A stretch of DNA of 63,953 nt, counting the filler, from Octopus bimaculoides (taxonomy: Eukaryota): NCBI RefSeq assembly GCF_001194135.2. It is 7 parts of 7 records of this genome, joined end to end, with 100 filler letters (N's around TTAATTAATTAA, not from the genome) between each part and the next. Parts side by side here need not be neighbours in the genome. Positions count along the whole stretch, not along the records: positions 38,003 to 52,052 come from NC_068988.1; positions 52,153 to 55,030 come from NC_068996.1; 5 more parts are not named here. One strand, written 5' to 3'. The notes under the pieces are model-generated. The model was not told the origin of the DNA. It searched no databases and was given only the letters and a program-made list of their open reading frames with translations. How positions within the stretch are numbered: position 1 is the first letter of the stretch; each line of letters starts with the position of its first letter. Both the position numbers and the translations under genes were made by a program. Below, one piece after another: positions 40,078 to 52,328 of this stretch.

Positions 40078-40730
40078 TTATACATATACACACGCACATA
40101 TATATATCCATATGTATACACTATATCACTCTTTATTTATGTGTTTGATGTGTGTGTTTGAGTGTGTGTATATGTATATATATATATATATGTATGTATG
40201 TATGTATGTATGAAAAGAGGAAGAGAAACATATTTTGGGTTTTGGAAAGCAATGGAAGGTGGCATAAGAGACGCAAAAGTCTGAACGACATTGTAATATT
40301 TTATCAATCTTTCTATTGTATACATTGATGCTGGCCATGGAACTGACATCGATAAGTTTATTTCCGAAGTAGATAAAAACTCTCCAATAAGAAGCAAAAT
40401 TTTATATAAATATACATACATGTATACATACATAGTTATACACATACATGTTTACACACACATATATATATACATTTGTGTGTATATACAAATATATATA
40501 TATATATATACACACTCATACATATATACATATATACACACACATGCATGCATATATTTATATGTGTATATGCATGTATATATATATATCTACAAATATA
40601 TATACATCTGTATGTATGTATGCATCTATCTATCTATCTATATATATCTATATATATATATATATCTATATATATATATACACATGTGTATGTATATACA
40701 TTTATATATATGTTTATGTATAAACGTATG
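38270..40730. repeat. Compound (TA)/(CA)/(TATG) microsatellite field
   Basis: Near-continuous low-complexity dinucleotide and tetranucleotide tracts with gaps. Confidence 0.95.
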
Positions 40731-41984
40731 CATAAAGCATTATCATTGAGATGACATGGAAGATTGTGTGTGTGTGTGTGTGTGTTTAAGGTGAGAGTGG
40801 AAATGATGAGGGAGTCTTGTTTTGACATTACAGAGGTTAAATGCCATGTTTAGGAAATGTCTGCCATAAATGAGTAGTGATATGAACCTGACTGCCATTT
40901 GCAACATAATGCATCAACTAACTATTCCATACTCCGAGTTATATGCAATTTTTTTCTTCAAATTATTTAATCTATATTCATTTAAATATCTTTTTTATTG
41001 TAGCAGCAGGCAGACTGTCTAGTTAAGTGTTCGGTGGTGATTCAAAACATAAATTTTGTCAATTTGGTAGGGATGGGAAGAGGTTCTCTGCAATAAAAGC
41101 TTCCCTTTGCTTGACTACCTACCATGTCATTGATACAATCTGTCAATTAATAGCGCTTCTGTAACAGCCCACCTATAACTTTCTTGTTCCAATACTAAAA
41201 ATACTTGCATACACATACATATCTGTATGTGTATATATATATATATGCGTATATATATATGCGTATAGATTTATATATATATATATATATAAATGTATTA
41301 TAAATATATATATATATAAATATATATATATATGCGTATATATATATATATATTTATATATGTAGAGAGAGAGAGAGAGAGAGAGAGAAATAGATAGATA
41401 TGAATATAGCGATACATATAAAACTTATATGTAGGGTTCTTTATATGTTTAAAGATGAACATATAAACATATATGTGTGTATGTATGTAAATCACTTCAA
41501 CAGTCTAGATTAAATGATGGCATCTGGCTTGATATTAGTGATAGTTGGGATGTCAGAGCTGGTAGAGAAGTATGCATATTATATTATGTCCAATGGAAGG
41601 GAGATGGACAAAGAAGAAGAAAGAGAGAGAGACAGAGAGAGAGAGAGAGAGTGAGAGGATGAGAAGAAGTGGAGGAGCAGTAGGAGGAAAAGAAGGAGGC
41701 GGATAAAAGCTATAAAAATATTGAGATTTAGCATTGATAGGATGTATGCTGTCATTAGGAAAATTATATTTATGCGTGTATATGTGCATCTGTGTCTGTG
41801 TCTGTGTATTTGTGACTATATTTTGATATGAAGAATATTTTTATGTTTATAAATATTTGTTGTGTGCAAATTCATATGCGCATATATGATTATCTCTGTA
41901 CATTCTATCTATCTATCTTGCTAGATATCTCTATTTATCTATACAACCATTCATATAGATGTTTAAGAGATATGTATAAATATC

Positions 41985-42015
<31 letters not shown>

Positions 42016-42084
42016 ATGCACAAAGAGAGAGAGAGAGATCTGTCAGTATAAACACACATACACTACGTACACTCATTCACACTG

Positions 42085-42143
<59 letters not shown>

Positions 42144-42875
42144 ATGTATATGTAGATGACATATAGAAGCTGTTCTCTTTTGTTGTTGAATATTTCAGTG
42201 GAAAGTGGAATATGAGATATTGTTAATAATGTTGATATGAAGAGATTTGAGAGATCTGATAGAGGTGTAATAATAAATGGAGAGATAGTATATTGTTTCT
42301 GAAGCAAACAAAGAATAAATGAAGAAAAAATATATACAGGGTGTTTAGTATTTATAGAACATAGATATAGCCATTACAATATGAATGACATTATAAGGCT
42401 ACAGAAGAAAAAAAAGTGTTAGCAAGAGCAAAAGATTGAGATAATGGGCTTTACGGATTGTGTAGAAGTCTGATAATGGTGCTGTTATTTATGGAGAATT
42501 AATGTCTATGCAATATAGAGGACATTGATATTATGTGTATCTAAAGCGATATATTGCCTGCAGAATATAAAAGACTATTATTAGCAGTACTGAATTGTGT
42601 GATGTTGTTGCTCGCTTTCAAAGTCAAGCCTAATTGTCGATTCATTTGAGTGGGGATACCAACACAGAATTTATTCCCAAGTTGCAAGGTGAATCATTTA
42701 TTGGTTGGGAGGTCTGAGACAGGTGTGCTCATGTGCTGATAGTTGTCACATGGTTCTTAACCCTTTGGGTATATAATCTAACAATGCTTATTGCATCATG
42801 GATGATGATATTTCTGCTCTGCTAATATTTGTGAAATAAGCATGTTTTGGTGATTCTTTATGTTTCTTATAAATA

Positions 42876-43090
42876 TTTTTGATAGCAGGTCTCCCTAAAG
42901 CCATTCCTGTCTCTATGATACAAGCTCCCTGTTTTAAAATGGTCGCTATTAAAGCTTTCCATCAAAATCTCATGTTAATCTATATTCCAAACACCAGTTT
43001 AATTATGTCAAAATTATTTTAATAAATTACTTGTTTTCAAAATCATCTAAACTAATGACTGTGTTTCAACAGAAATATTGTAACAAAAAA
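42876..43090 (-). mobile_element. Second, decayed copy of the TTAA-CCC (piggyBac-like) MITE
   Basis: Reverse complement aligns by eye to the reconstructed 50358-51043 element; termini are eroded. Confidence 0.6.
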
Positions 43091-43434
43091 TATTTTTACA
43101 CTACAAAAGAATGGTTCCTAAAATTCTCTCATACCAAATTAATTTCTAATAATGATTTCAAATTTTGGCAGAAAGTCAGCAATTTCAGGGAAGGTTGTTA
43201 AGTCAATTACATCAACCCCAGTACTCAGCTGGTACTTATTATTAATTGCTAATAATGTCAGTTCTTGTTCTGGCTATTTAGGCTCATGGAGTAAAAGTAA
43301 GGAGTTATGTTGCAGTGGAAGAATAAAAAGCCATTGTTAATGAAATCATTTGATTGATAATTTCTACTGACAGAGATTCTGCTAATATTTCTTAATGTAA
43401 TCAAACTTCACTTCCTTTAACCCATTACAGCAAA

Positions 43435-43690
43435 ACTGGAGGTACATGGCTTAGTGGTAAGGGTGTTTTTATTCATGATCATGATCAAGATTGTGGTTTT
43501 TATTCCTGGATTGGGTGACACGTTTCTGTTCTTGAGCAAAACACTTCATTTCACATTACTCCAGTTCATTCAGCTGGCAAAAATGAGTAATCCTGTGATG
43601 GACTAGCATCCCATCCAGGTGGGGAATTTATATGCCATGAAACCAGGAAACTGGCCTTTATGAGTCTGTATGACCCAAGAAGGCAGCCTT
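43435..43690 (+). mobile_element. tRNA-derived SINE family D (CORE-like plus GATGGACTAGCATCCCATCCAGG segment)
   Basis: A-box TGGCTTAGTGG, degenerate B-box, CORE-like TTCTTGAGCAAAACACTTCATTTCAC. Confidence 0.7.
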
Positions 43691-44469
43691 TACCTTCACT
43701 GTAACTTTACTATAGCAAAAGGTAACATATATGGTTTTTCCATACTACATCACACATGCCCTTGGTAAAAACTATATATTAACACTGAGAGGTAATATTT
43801 TTCCTATTTAAACGTGGATGTTCTGTTAGAACAAACTACACTGCAGTAGATAACATGAGAGAAACTGTCATACTGGCTTTTGGTGCAAAATACATTCTTG
43901 TTTATATCACTAGCAGAGAGACAAATTCCTGTTATCTCCAGTGTTGAGACTACTATGTCCAGTGATTTCAACCTTTCTTGGTCTCATCAATGATGGATAC
44001 TCAACCACTAGAGATAGTAGTTACTCATCTCCTCACCAGCAATATATAGCTAAACTGTGCCAGAACAGACACTGGTGTCATGATTAGCAAGTGAGCTTGA
44101 TAAGAAATATATATTAGTGGCTGAAGCAGTTTTATTACCAAGAGGTAATATCTATCCTCATTTACATGTGAATGATTGGATAGAGCAAACGACACTGTGG
44201 GAGATACCATGAAAGAAACTCACATATTGACTATTGGTGCAAAATTAATATCCATTATAAAAAATAGACTAATAATTAGATGATATTGTGTATATTAATA
44301 AAGTATAAATAAAATACAAAAGATATTGCAAACTGATTAATGATGAGAAGAACTTTAAAAAAGATCAATTTTATCTTACACTTTATGAATACTTATGAAC
44401 ACACATGCATGCACATACACATACACACGTATGTATGTATGTATGTATGTATGTATGCATGTATGTATG

Positions 44470-44860
44470 TATGTGTGGAGGTGCAATGGCCTAGTGGTTA
44501 GGGCAGCAGACTCACGGTTGTAGGATTGCGGTTTCGATTCCCAGACTGGGCATTGCGAGTGTTTATTGAGCGAAAACACCTAAAGCTCCACGAGGCTCAG
44601 CAGGGGGTGGGGGTGGCGAACCCTGCTGTACTCTTTCACCACAACTTTCTCTCACTCTTTCTTCCTGTTTCTGTTGTACCTGTATATCAAAGGGCCAGCC
44701 TTGTCACACTCTGTGTCATGTTGAATCTCCCCCAAGAACTATGTTAAGGGTACACATGTCTGTGGAGTGCTCAGCCACATGCACGTTAATTTCACGAGCA
44801 GGCTGTTCCGTTGATCGGATCAACTGGAACCCTCGTCGTCATAACCGGTGGAGTGCCATG
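44470..44860 (+). mobile_element. tRNA-derived SINE family C, apparently full length
   Basis: A-box TGGCCTAGTGG and B-box GGTTTCGATTCC; the body is shared with 61833-62035; flanked on both sides by (TATG)n. Confidence 0.85.
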
Positions 44861-45478
44861 CATGTATGTATGTATGTATGTAATTGTCATAGTGTTTGTA
44901 CCTCCACCATCATTTGCCAACCACTTTCGGTTTGTTTATGTCCCCATAACATTAGCAGTTACGGGGTCATAAGTAATGGGGTTGATTTGTTTGAAAAAAC
45001 CATTTAAAGTGGTGCTCCAGACTAACCATAGTCAGGTGACTGAAAGAAGTAAAAAAAATAACGATATTTGGTGATGGGTAAAGGACCCTTACCTACCACT
45101 TGATTCTTGTCTATTTTATTGATTTTACTGATTGGTGTTGGCTAAATGCAAGGTACAGTTTGGTAGGATTTGAGCTCAGAACAGCAATAGATGTTGCAAA
45201 ATATCACATAATATATTGTTCAGTGCACTACCAATGCTACCATCCATTACATGTATATAATTTTGGCTTTCTTGAGTAAAGTAATCAAATTGTATTGTAT
45301 CTAAGTGTATGTATTACGTACAAGGTAATATATATTATATATGAGTCCAACAGATGTTTCTTGGGGCTCAGAGATCCATGATAATGTTGGTAGATGTAGT
45401 CATATTATCATGAATCTTCGAGCCTCCAGAAACAGCTGCTTGACTTACAGCATCTTTCTTTTGCATCTTATATTACAA

Positions 45479-46238
45479 ATGAGGTATGTTCGAGAAGTTT
45501 TGAGACTTTTTTTTTAGGCGAGACAGTTGCAGATTATTGTAATTCACTCCCTGATTATAATAATTCTAGTATATCTTTACTATGCATCAAATACACTGAT
45601 CTTCCTACGTTTGTTTTCCAGACTGAAGGAAATGGCTGTAACAATACTTTGAACACATCATACTAAATATTGCTTGTCACAGCTGTCTAACTTGCAGAAT
45701 ATTGTTGAGATGTGAAGAAAAGACAGAAACTAATGAGAAACTTGAGACAGTTATGGACTAACCTGTATGAGCTGAGTATCTATTTTTTCATTAGCACAAA
45801 GGACTAGGGAAAGCAAGTCCACCATGAAGTTCATGATGATCTACTTTTTTCACAGCAAGGGCATCATTTACATTCACCGTGAGTCTTCTGGCCAGACAGT
45901 CAACAAAAGAGCACTTTGTGAAGGTTTTGAGGGAGTTTGAGAAGAGCTTTCATCATAAAAGACCAGAACACCGCTCCACATTTCTAACAAATTGACAGAA
46001 ATAAGCATCAAAACTGTCCCTCGCCTTCCCTTGCTCCCTGTGACTTTTGAAGGAGATGATGAAAGAGGCTGACATGGGTCTTGGACACCTTCACTTTAGA
46101 AGACTTCCATGGGGCCTTCACGAATTTGCTTGAGTACTACAAGTGCACTGAAGTCAAAAGATTCTACTTTGTACTTCTTTGAAATTAACAAATGTCTCTC
46201 CTGAAAAAGTCTCAAAACTTCTGGAATGTACTTTGTAT
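45479..46238 (+). mobile_element. mariner deletion derivative (second copy)
   Basis: TIRs GAGGTATGTTCGAGAAGTTTTGAGACTTTTT / AAAAAGTCTCAAAACTTCTGGAATGTACTTTGTA. Remnant KFMMIYFFHSKGIIYIH...GQTVN..HFVKVLREF..KRPE. Confidence 0.85.
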
Positions 46239-46689
46239 ATGAGAATGTAGTAAAAATCCCGCGCGTGTGCGCGCGTGTGTGCGTGCGTGTGTGTGTGTGT
46301 GTTCAGATGGCTGAGTTTGTATTTCCCTCATGTTTGCTGGTTTATAAACAATGAATTTCTGATAATGTTATTTGCTTGCAGTCTACCAACCATGAAAGCA
46401 TATGTGGGCTTCCTGACATCTCTTGTTATATTGTGCAATCTGGGTAAATAAAACCGGTCATTCAATCAGTGCTGTTTTTTGCAGTTCTCAGCATAAAACG
46501 TGGTTGATGTGGGATAGACTTGGGAATTATCATCATGCTTGGAAATGAGTGGAGTCAGTAGCATGAAGTAGGTGGTGATCCATCTGTAAAACCTCTGTCC
46601 AATGTCCATTTGTGTGACTCATGCAATCATAGAAAAGTAGACGTTAAAATGATGATGATGACCACGATGATAATAAGGATGATGATGAC

Positions 46690-48817
46690 TATTCCTTTAT
46701 TCTTTTACTTGTTTCAGTCATTTGACTGCAGCCATGCTGGAGTATCGCCTTTAGTCGAGTAAATCGACCCCAGGACTTATTCTTTGTAAGCCTAGTACTT
46801 ATTCTGTTGGTCTCTTTTGCTAAGTTATGGGGATATAAACACCAGCATTGGTTGTCAAACGATGTTGGGAGAACGAACACAGACGCATAAACATGTACAC
46901 ACACACACGTACACACACACTTATGTACTAGCAGAAATACCTGGCATTGCCCGGGTTAATGAGAATAATGCAATTTAAAAATGCCGTCTATATTACGCCC
47001 GTCTCAACTGCTAGTAGCTGACATGCCAACTTTCTACATTAATAACTCTCCAACCTATGCGAGCATGGAACATAAACGTTAAGTGAAATGTTAAAAGAAA
47101 GTTTTCAACTCATATACGTATATAAAGTAAATACACGGAATTCAAAAACACGTGTTGTGTAGCTTATTTCGTAACCAAAGAAAACAGGTACAGATTATAA
47201 ACAATGAAAGGCCGATTTTGGTGATTCATTTGACAGAGGTAATAGAGAGGCAATCCGATGATAAATCTTACTTTGGATCTTGAAAGTTTGTATGAATCCT
47301 GGCTCAGTTAAATCTTTTGTGGCTCCAAATGATGTCATCTGTAGTGCAGCGTTGTATTGTCTAATTTTGCTTTGGAAGTGCTTGGAATCCTGGTCAGTTG
47401 ATGACAGCAGTTTCTTCAATGGCTCTGGAGGTTGGGGGATTGCAGGGTATTTAACCTTTCCTCCACTGCAGCACAGTACAGGTGTCTTTCCAGGCCACTT
47501 TCTGGCTTTACAATGTATGCACTCGTCATTGCACCAATGGAAACTCTAATACCATCTGCATAATGAATTGCTGGTTCATAATTGAAAGCTTCTTCATAGT
47601 AGCAGATTCTCTGAATTGTTGCAACTGCTCTTCATTCTGCAGTGGAGATCTTATTCGTTGTCAGCGTGCATACCTCTATTCATCACTTTGAGATGCTCTG
47701 GCTTTTAAAGTGCACACTCTGTTCGTTTCTTGGTGTGCTTCCCTTTCTGCAGCTGTCCCCCTTTCCCTGGACAGAGATATTCTTTTGGGTGACCTTAACA
47801 TTGTAGACAAATTTGATAGTTTCCTCCTAGGCATGTTAATATACGTAGGTAACATTATATTTCTTAATACAACGAGCAGAAAGTAAATAAGAAATTTTTA
47901 CGTAAAATGAAGAATTGTACGGGTTGAAAATTTGTCAGTGAACCAAAGAGCCAGTATCGAAGGAAACAGAAGAAAGCTGTTAACAACAGAAAAGCACAAA
48001 ACCGTTGCAAAAGTAAATAAGACATTTCTAGAAAAATCGACGTAAATGTACAGATTTAATTGAAATTTTTGAAGTTACTTCGGTCAGTAAATTATGAACT
48101 TACTTTTATCAGTAATTCCGTCAAAAAAAAAACAAAAAAGAAACACACAAAATATGGCAAAATTTAAATATGGAATTTGTAGACAAATATAACGAAGTGT
48201 ACGGATTGACGTGAAAGTTATGAAGATACTTCTGTCAGTAAATTACGTATGAAATTACTTTCATCATTAATTGTGAACTTCTTTCTGTCAGTAATTTGTC
48301 GTTGTTTGTAAATAGCGATTGAAAACTTACAGTGAAAATAATAGAGAGTGAGTGAGATATAGAGAGAAGGAGAGAGAGAGCTAGCTAGTTAGGCAAATAA
48401 GACATATAAATAGATAGATAATATATAGACAGATAGATAAATATAGAGATTGAGAGATATAGGGAGCTAGAGATAGATAGAAAGAGATGGATAGAGAGAT
48501 ATAGACGTCAATGACGCTAGAAAACCAGAAGTAAATATTTTTAAAAGTTTGAAAGATGTGAATCTAATATAAAAAACAATATTTAAAAAAAAATTTTAAT
48601 GAGCAATGGCTGTAAGAGAGACAATCAATTTCTGAAAGTTATTTCACAAATAGTTACCTCCTTTCTCCACCTAACCCAGGAATGGCTGTTTTCTGACCCC
48701 AGGGAGCCCATAACTCATTATTTGAAAATTTTAAGAGTCTAAAACCATCCCTGGAGCATAAATAATGTACGTTCTCAGTGTGGAGAAAATCAGTTGAAAA
48801 ATACGGCCATTATAATC

Positions 48818-48848
<31 letters not shown>

Positions 48849-49060
48849 GAGAGAACGGGATTTATATTATATTATAATATATATATATATATATGACTGG
48901 CTTCTTTCAATTTCTGTGCACCAAATTCGCTCACAAGGCTTTGGTCGGCCTGAGGCTATAGTAGAAGACACTGGTCCAAAGTGCCACGCAGTGGGTCTGA
49001 GCCCGGGACAATGTGGTTGGTAAGCCAGCTAATTTCCACACTGACACTCCTGCACCTATC
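46690..49060 (-). mobile_element. SINE family A copy split by the Helitron (3' half 46690-46926, 5' half ~48880-49060)
   Basis: Both halves match the intact copy at 21815-22375, in the same order and strand. Confidence 0.8.
46928..48875 (-). mobile_element. Internally deleted Helitron (3' end clear, 5' end approximate, RepHel N-terminus retained)
   Basis: Minus-strand 3' end has hairpin CCGGGC-AAT-GCCAGG followed by CTAG|T. ORF start MPRRKLSNLS at 47834; HCKARKW...CCSGGKV.YP...PPEPLKKLL and IRQYNAALQMTSFGA..FKIQ..IYHRIASLLP (Helitron helicase-like N-terminal domain). The 5' end lies at ~48860-48880. Confidence 0.85.
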
Positions 49061-50409
49061 ATTTTTAATCATTTATATCAACATTCTATATATTTAAAGG
49101 TGTCCTTATTCTTGTGATCTGAGTGGTGTTAAATTTGTCTGGTTAGCTTAAACTAGCTGTAAAAGTAGCACGGAATTTGTATCCCCGAAAGCTTATAATT
49201 TATCAGCTCTCCAATGGTTAATCTAATACACAAGCTTACTTTTATTGTCATTGTGAAAGGGCTGCTAATTTAAAGTTTTCGTAGACAAAATTTAGTACTA
49301 CTACTAAGGCTGCTTCAAGCTTGTTATGGAAATTTATTTCTACAACTACTACTATGATATCTGCCTGAAGCTGGTGCTTGTCTAACGTCCCTTATTTTAA
49401 AGAAACTTCTAAATTATCGTAATGCAATTACTGACAAAAACTAAACTTTACAATAAAAAAAAAAAGAAGAAATTCAAGAAAAAGTGAAGCATAAAATTTT
49501 TTCCAACAAAATTAAGTATTAAAGACCAGAAATGATAAAATCATATGACACTAGTATATTAATATAAAATTCTCTAAACAGAATCCTGTCTGCATGACGA
49601 TATAACTATATGTATACTGATTACATTATCTGGGAATTCTCCCCAGTTTAGAGTTACTTAGTCATGTAATTCACTAAAATTTCTTAAATTTCCTTTGCTG
49701 GATATTCATGTGAAGCCGTTTCTACTAGTTTCGTTTTGGATTAAAATTCAAGTATTCTCCTGGATATTGTAACACTCAAATATTCTTGTTTCTAATGAAT
49801 AATTTCTTGATTATTCCTGGAGTTGGCTTCAGGTAAATTTCTAGTTGAAAAACTTATGACCCATCCAAAATACTCCTGGTATATGGAAGTACGTATAGTC
49901 ATTTCTAAGATCTCCAAATATACTGTTGTGTTTACAGAACCTTTGAACTTGCCTTTTTTGTCAGAACTGCTGTTCCACGTAATTATGGGACTGGCCTTTA
50001 CACAGATATGTATTTCTAAATCACAACATTGTCACCACAGTGTTCAAGTATCAGATTCAATCTTTCTGATTGAAATATTTCTACTGTAAGACTTCAGATG
50101 TATTCTTAGCAGTCAGAGCCTAAGTTAACTAAATGAAAGCACATTGCTTTTTCGAACAAATGCCCAAATTACTTTATATATAACATGTGTCACTTACACA
50201 AATGGCTGTATTAATTTTTGATGTTAGTGAAGCAATCTTCATGTAGTTCTGTCAAACATAATTAAAAATGTTAATAACAGCTAGTTTCTTCTTTTTTACA
50301 TTAACGAACAGGTGTTTTACACTAACGAACTGATGCTAACGAACGTCAGTCCATCATTTAACCCTTGTGGCGTTACAATATTTCTATTGAAAAAACAAAC
50401 AAAAAAAAA

Positions 50410-50603
50410 AGATAGCGAGCTGGCAGAAACGTTGGCGTGCTGGGCGAAATGCTTAGTGGTATTTCGTCTGACTTTATGTTCTGAGTTTAAATTCCACAGT
50501 GGCCAACTTTGCTTTTCATCTTTTCGGGGTTGATAAATTAGGTACCAGTTACGAATTGGTCCCCTCCCCAAAAATTTCGGGTCTTGTGCCTAGAGTAGAA
50601 AAG
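50410..50603 (+). mobile_element. SINE family B (Meta-domain-like) with TSD
   Basis: GCGAGCTGGCAGAAACGTTGG, GAGTTTAAATTCC, GCTTTTCATCTTTTCGGGGTTGATAAATTAGGTACCAG. TSD AATATTTCTAT at 50377-87 and 50604-14. Confidence 0.85.
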
Positions 50604-50702
50604 AATATTTCTATGGAATAACACTGCTTTTGTTTTAATTAACTCTGAAAACAATAAAGTATTTTGTAAAATAATTTTGTCATTATTAAGCTGTTATTTG
50701 GA

Positions 50703-50920
50703 TTATATATTAATTTCAAATTTTGGTACAAAGCCAGCAATTTCAATTACATCGACCTCAGTAAGCAACTGGTACTTATTTATCAACCCTGAAAAGATGA
50801 AGATTAAAGTCGACCTTGACAAAATTTGAACAAAGAGCGTACAGACAGATAGACAGCCAGCCGAAGTGTGACGAAGCATTTTGCCTGGCATGCTAACAAT
50901 TCTGTAGGCTTGCTGCCTTA
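50703..50920 (-). mobile_element. SINE family B, opposite orientation, with TSD
   Basis: Reverse-complement copy; TSD TTATTTGGA at 50694-702 and 50918-26. Confidence 0.85.
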
Positions 50921-51389
50921 TTTGGAACATATATTAACATGGAATTTTCATGGAAGGGTTTAAATAGATCACTTTAAAACATAACGTTTGTATTACAAGA
51001 CCATTGACAGCTTTAGGTGGTGAGTTGATATCCAAAGGGTTAAGCAGATTTTCAGAATTGCTCTGACCAAAGGTGGCAAGAGAAGTCAACAATTTCACTA
51101 AAGATGTATACAGTATACTGGCCAGCGATTCCTGAGCATTCTCCTTCAGTAGCAATGGCATGAAAAATCCATTTCAGCTTATGCAGTTGGACAACTTTCA
51201 CCAGAATCTTTGATTATAAGCTTCTAAATAGAGGTTTAAATATCAAAACAGTTCTTAGCATGATAAAGTAAAACAGTCATTAATAGTTTGTCTTACACCA
51301 TAACATCAAATTAATATTTTTTAAAAATGATTTTAAATAATTTTATTTCAGTGGCTTTTTAGTCATATATATGCATGTATGTATGTGCA

Positions 51390-51430
<41 letters not shown>

Positions 51431-52179
51431 GTATGCATGTATGTATATGTGTGTGTTTATATGTATATTTATGTATATATATGCATATATATATATATAT
51501 ATATATATAGGAAAATGAAAAATAATAAGGCAGAATGCTAAACTGAAAGCATATTTTAATATAGATGTGTAAAAAGGATTTCTAACCGGCTTTCATTGCA
51601 TAACAAATTTTCAAGAAGAGGGAGAATGAAAATGTTTTTTACAAAAAAGTAAAAAAATAATATATAAAAATATAATATATGAAAAAATAAATATACCAAT
51701 ACATTATATTGTCTTTGAGCTGTTAAAGTTCAATTGTAATCCATGTAGATAATAGTTAGAAAGATTAAGATGCATGAAATTGAGAGCTGTGCTTCGTTTA
51801 AAAAAAAGAAGGGGCTGAAAGTTTATATGTTAAGCAGGAAGTGTGGTGTCAAAACAGGAAGTGTGTAAAATTTTTATTATGATCACTACGGATCTAATTT
51901 ACATAGATGATACAAAGACAAATACAAACAAATGTACAAAATGTATGAGTTCTTTTTAAAAATTTTTTACGATGTTTTTATAAAATTTAAAAAACGATGA
52001 CTTTGAATATCCAGACATACATATGCATGCATACCCACACACATCTATATAANNNNNNNNNNNNNNNNNNNNNNNNNNNNNNNNNNNNNNNNNNNNTTAA
52101 TTAATTAANNNNNNNNNNNNNNNNNNNNNNNNNNNNNNNNNNNNNNNNNNNNGTACATATATATATACATATGTATATA

Positions 52180-52328
52180 TGGTGTGTTTACGTCCCCGAA
52201 ACCTGGCTGGTGATTCGGCAAAAGAGACCGATGGAATAAGTACTAGGCTTACAAAGAATGAGTCCTGGGGTCGATTTGTCCGACTAAAGGTGGTGCTCCA
52301 GCATGGCCGCAATCAAATGACCGAAACA
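52180..52328 (+). mobile_element. SINE family A 3' half
   Basis: GTTTACGTCCCCG..GGCAAAAGAGACCGAT..CCTGGGGTCGATTTG..GTGCTCCAGCATGGCCGCA. Confidence 0.8.

Larger units (their letters stand above)
50358..51043. mobile_element. piggyBac-like MITE (TTAA-CCCTT...AAGGG-TTAA) interrupted by two SINEs
   Basis: TTAA at 50358-61 and 51040-43 with CCCTT/AAGGG termini; removing the two SINE insertions leaves ~235 bp that is homologous to 42876-43090. Confidence 0.75.

Noticed and set aside
44470-44545. tRNA-like A/B boxes as real tRNA genes (also 22300-22375, 50410-50500, 60437-60530)
   Set aside because: No full cloverleaf is evident and each continues into a shared SINE body.
51040-51200. Helical-looking minus-strand ORF (MPLLLKENAQESLASILYTSLVKLL...)
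   Set aside because: No convincing splice sites or recognisable homology, and the ORF runs on into a MITE.
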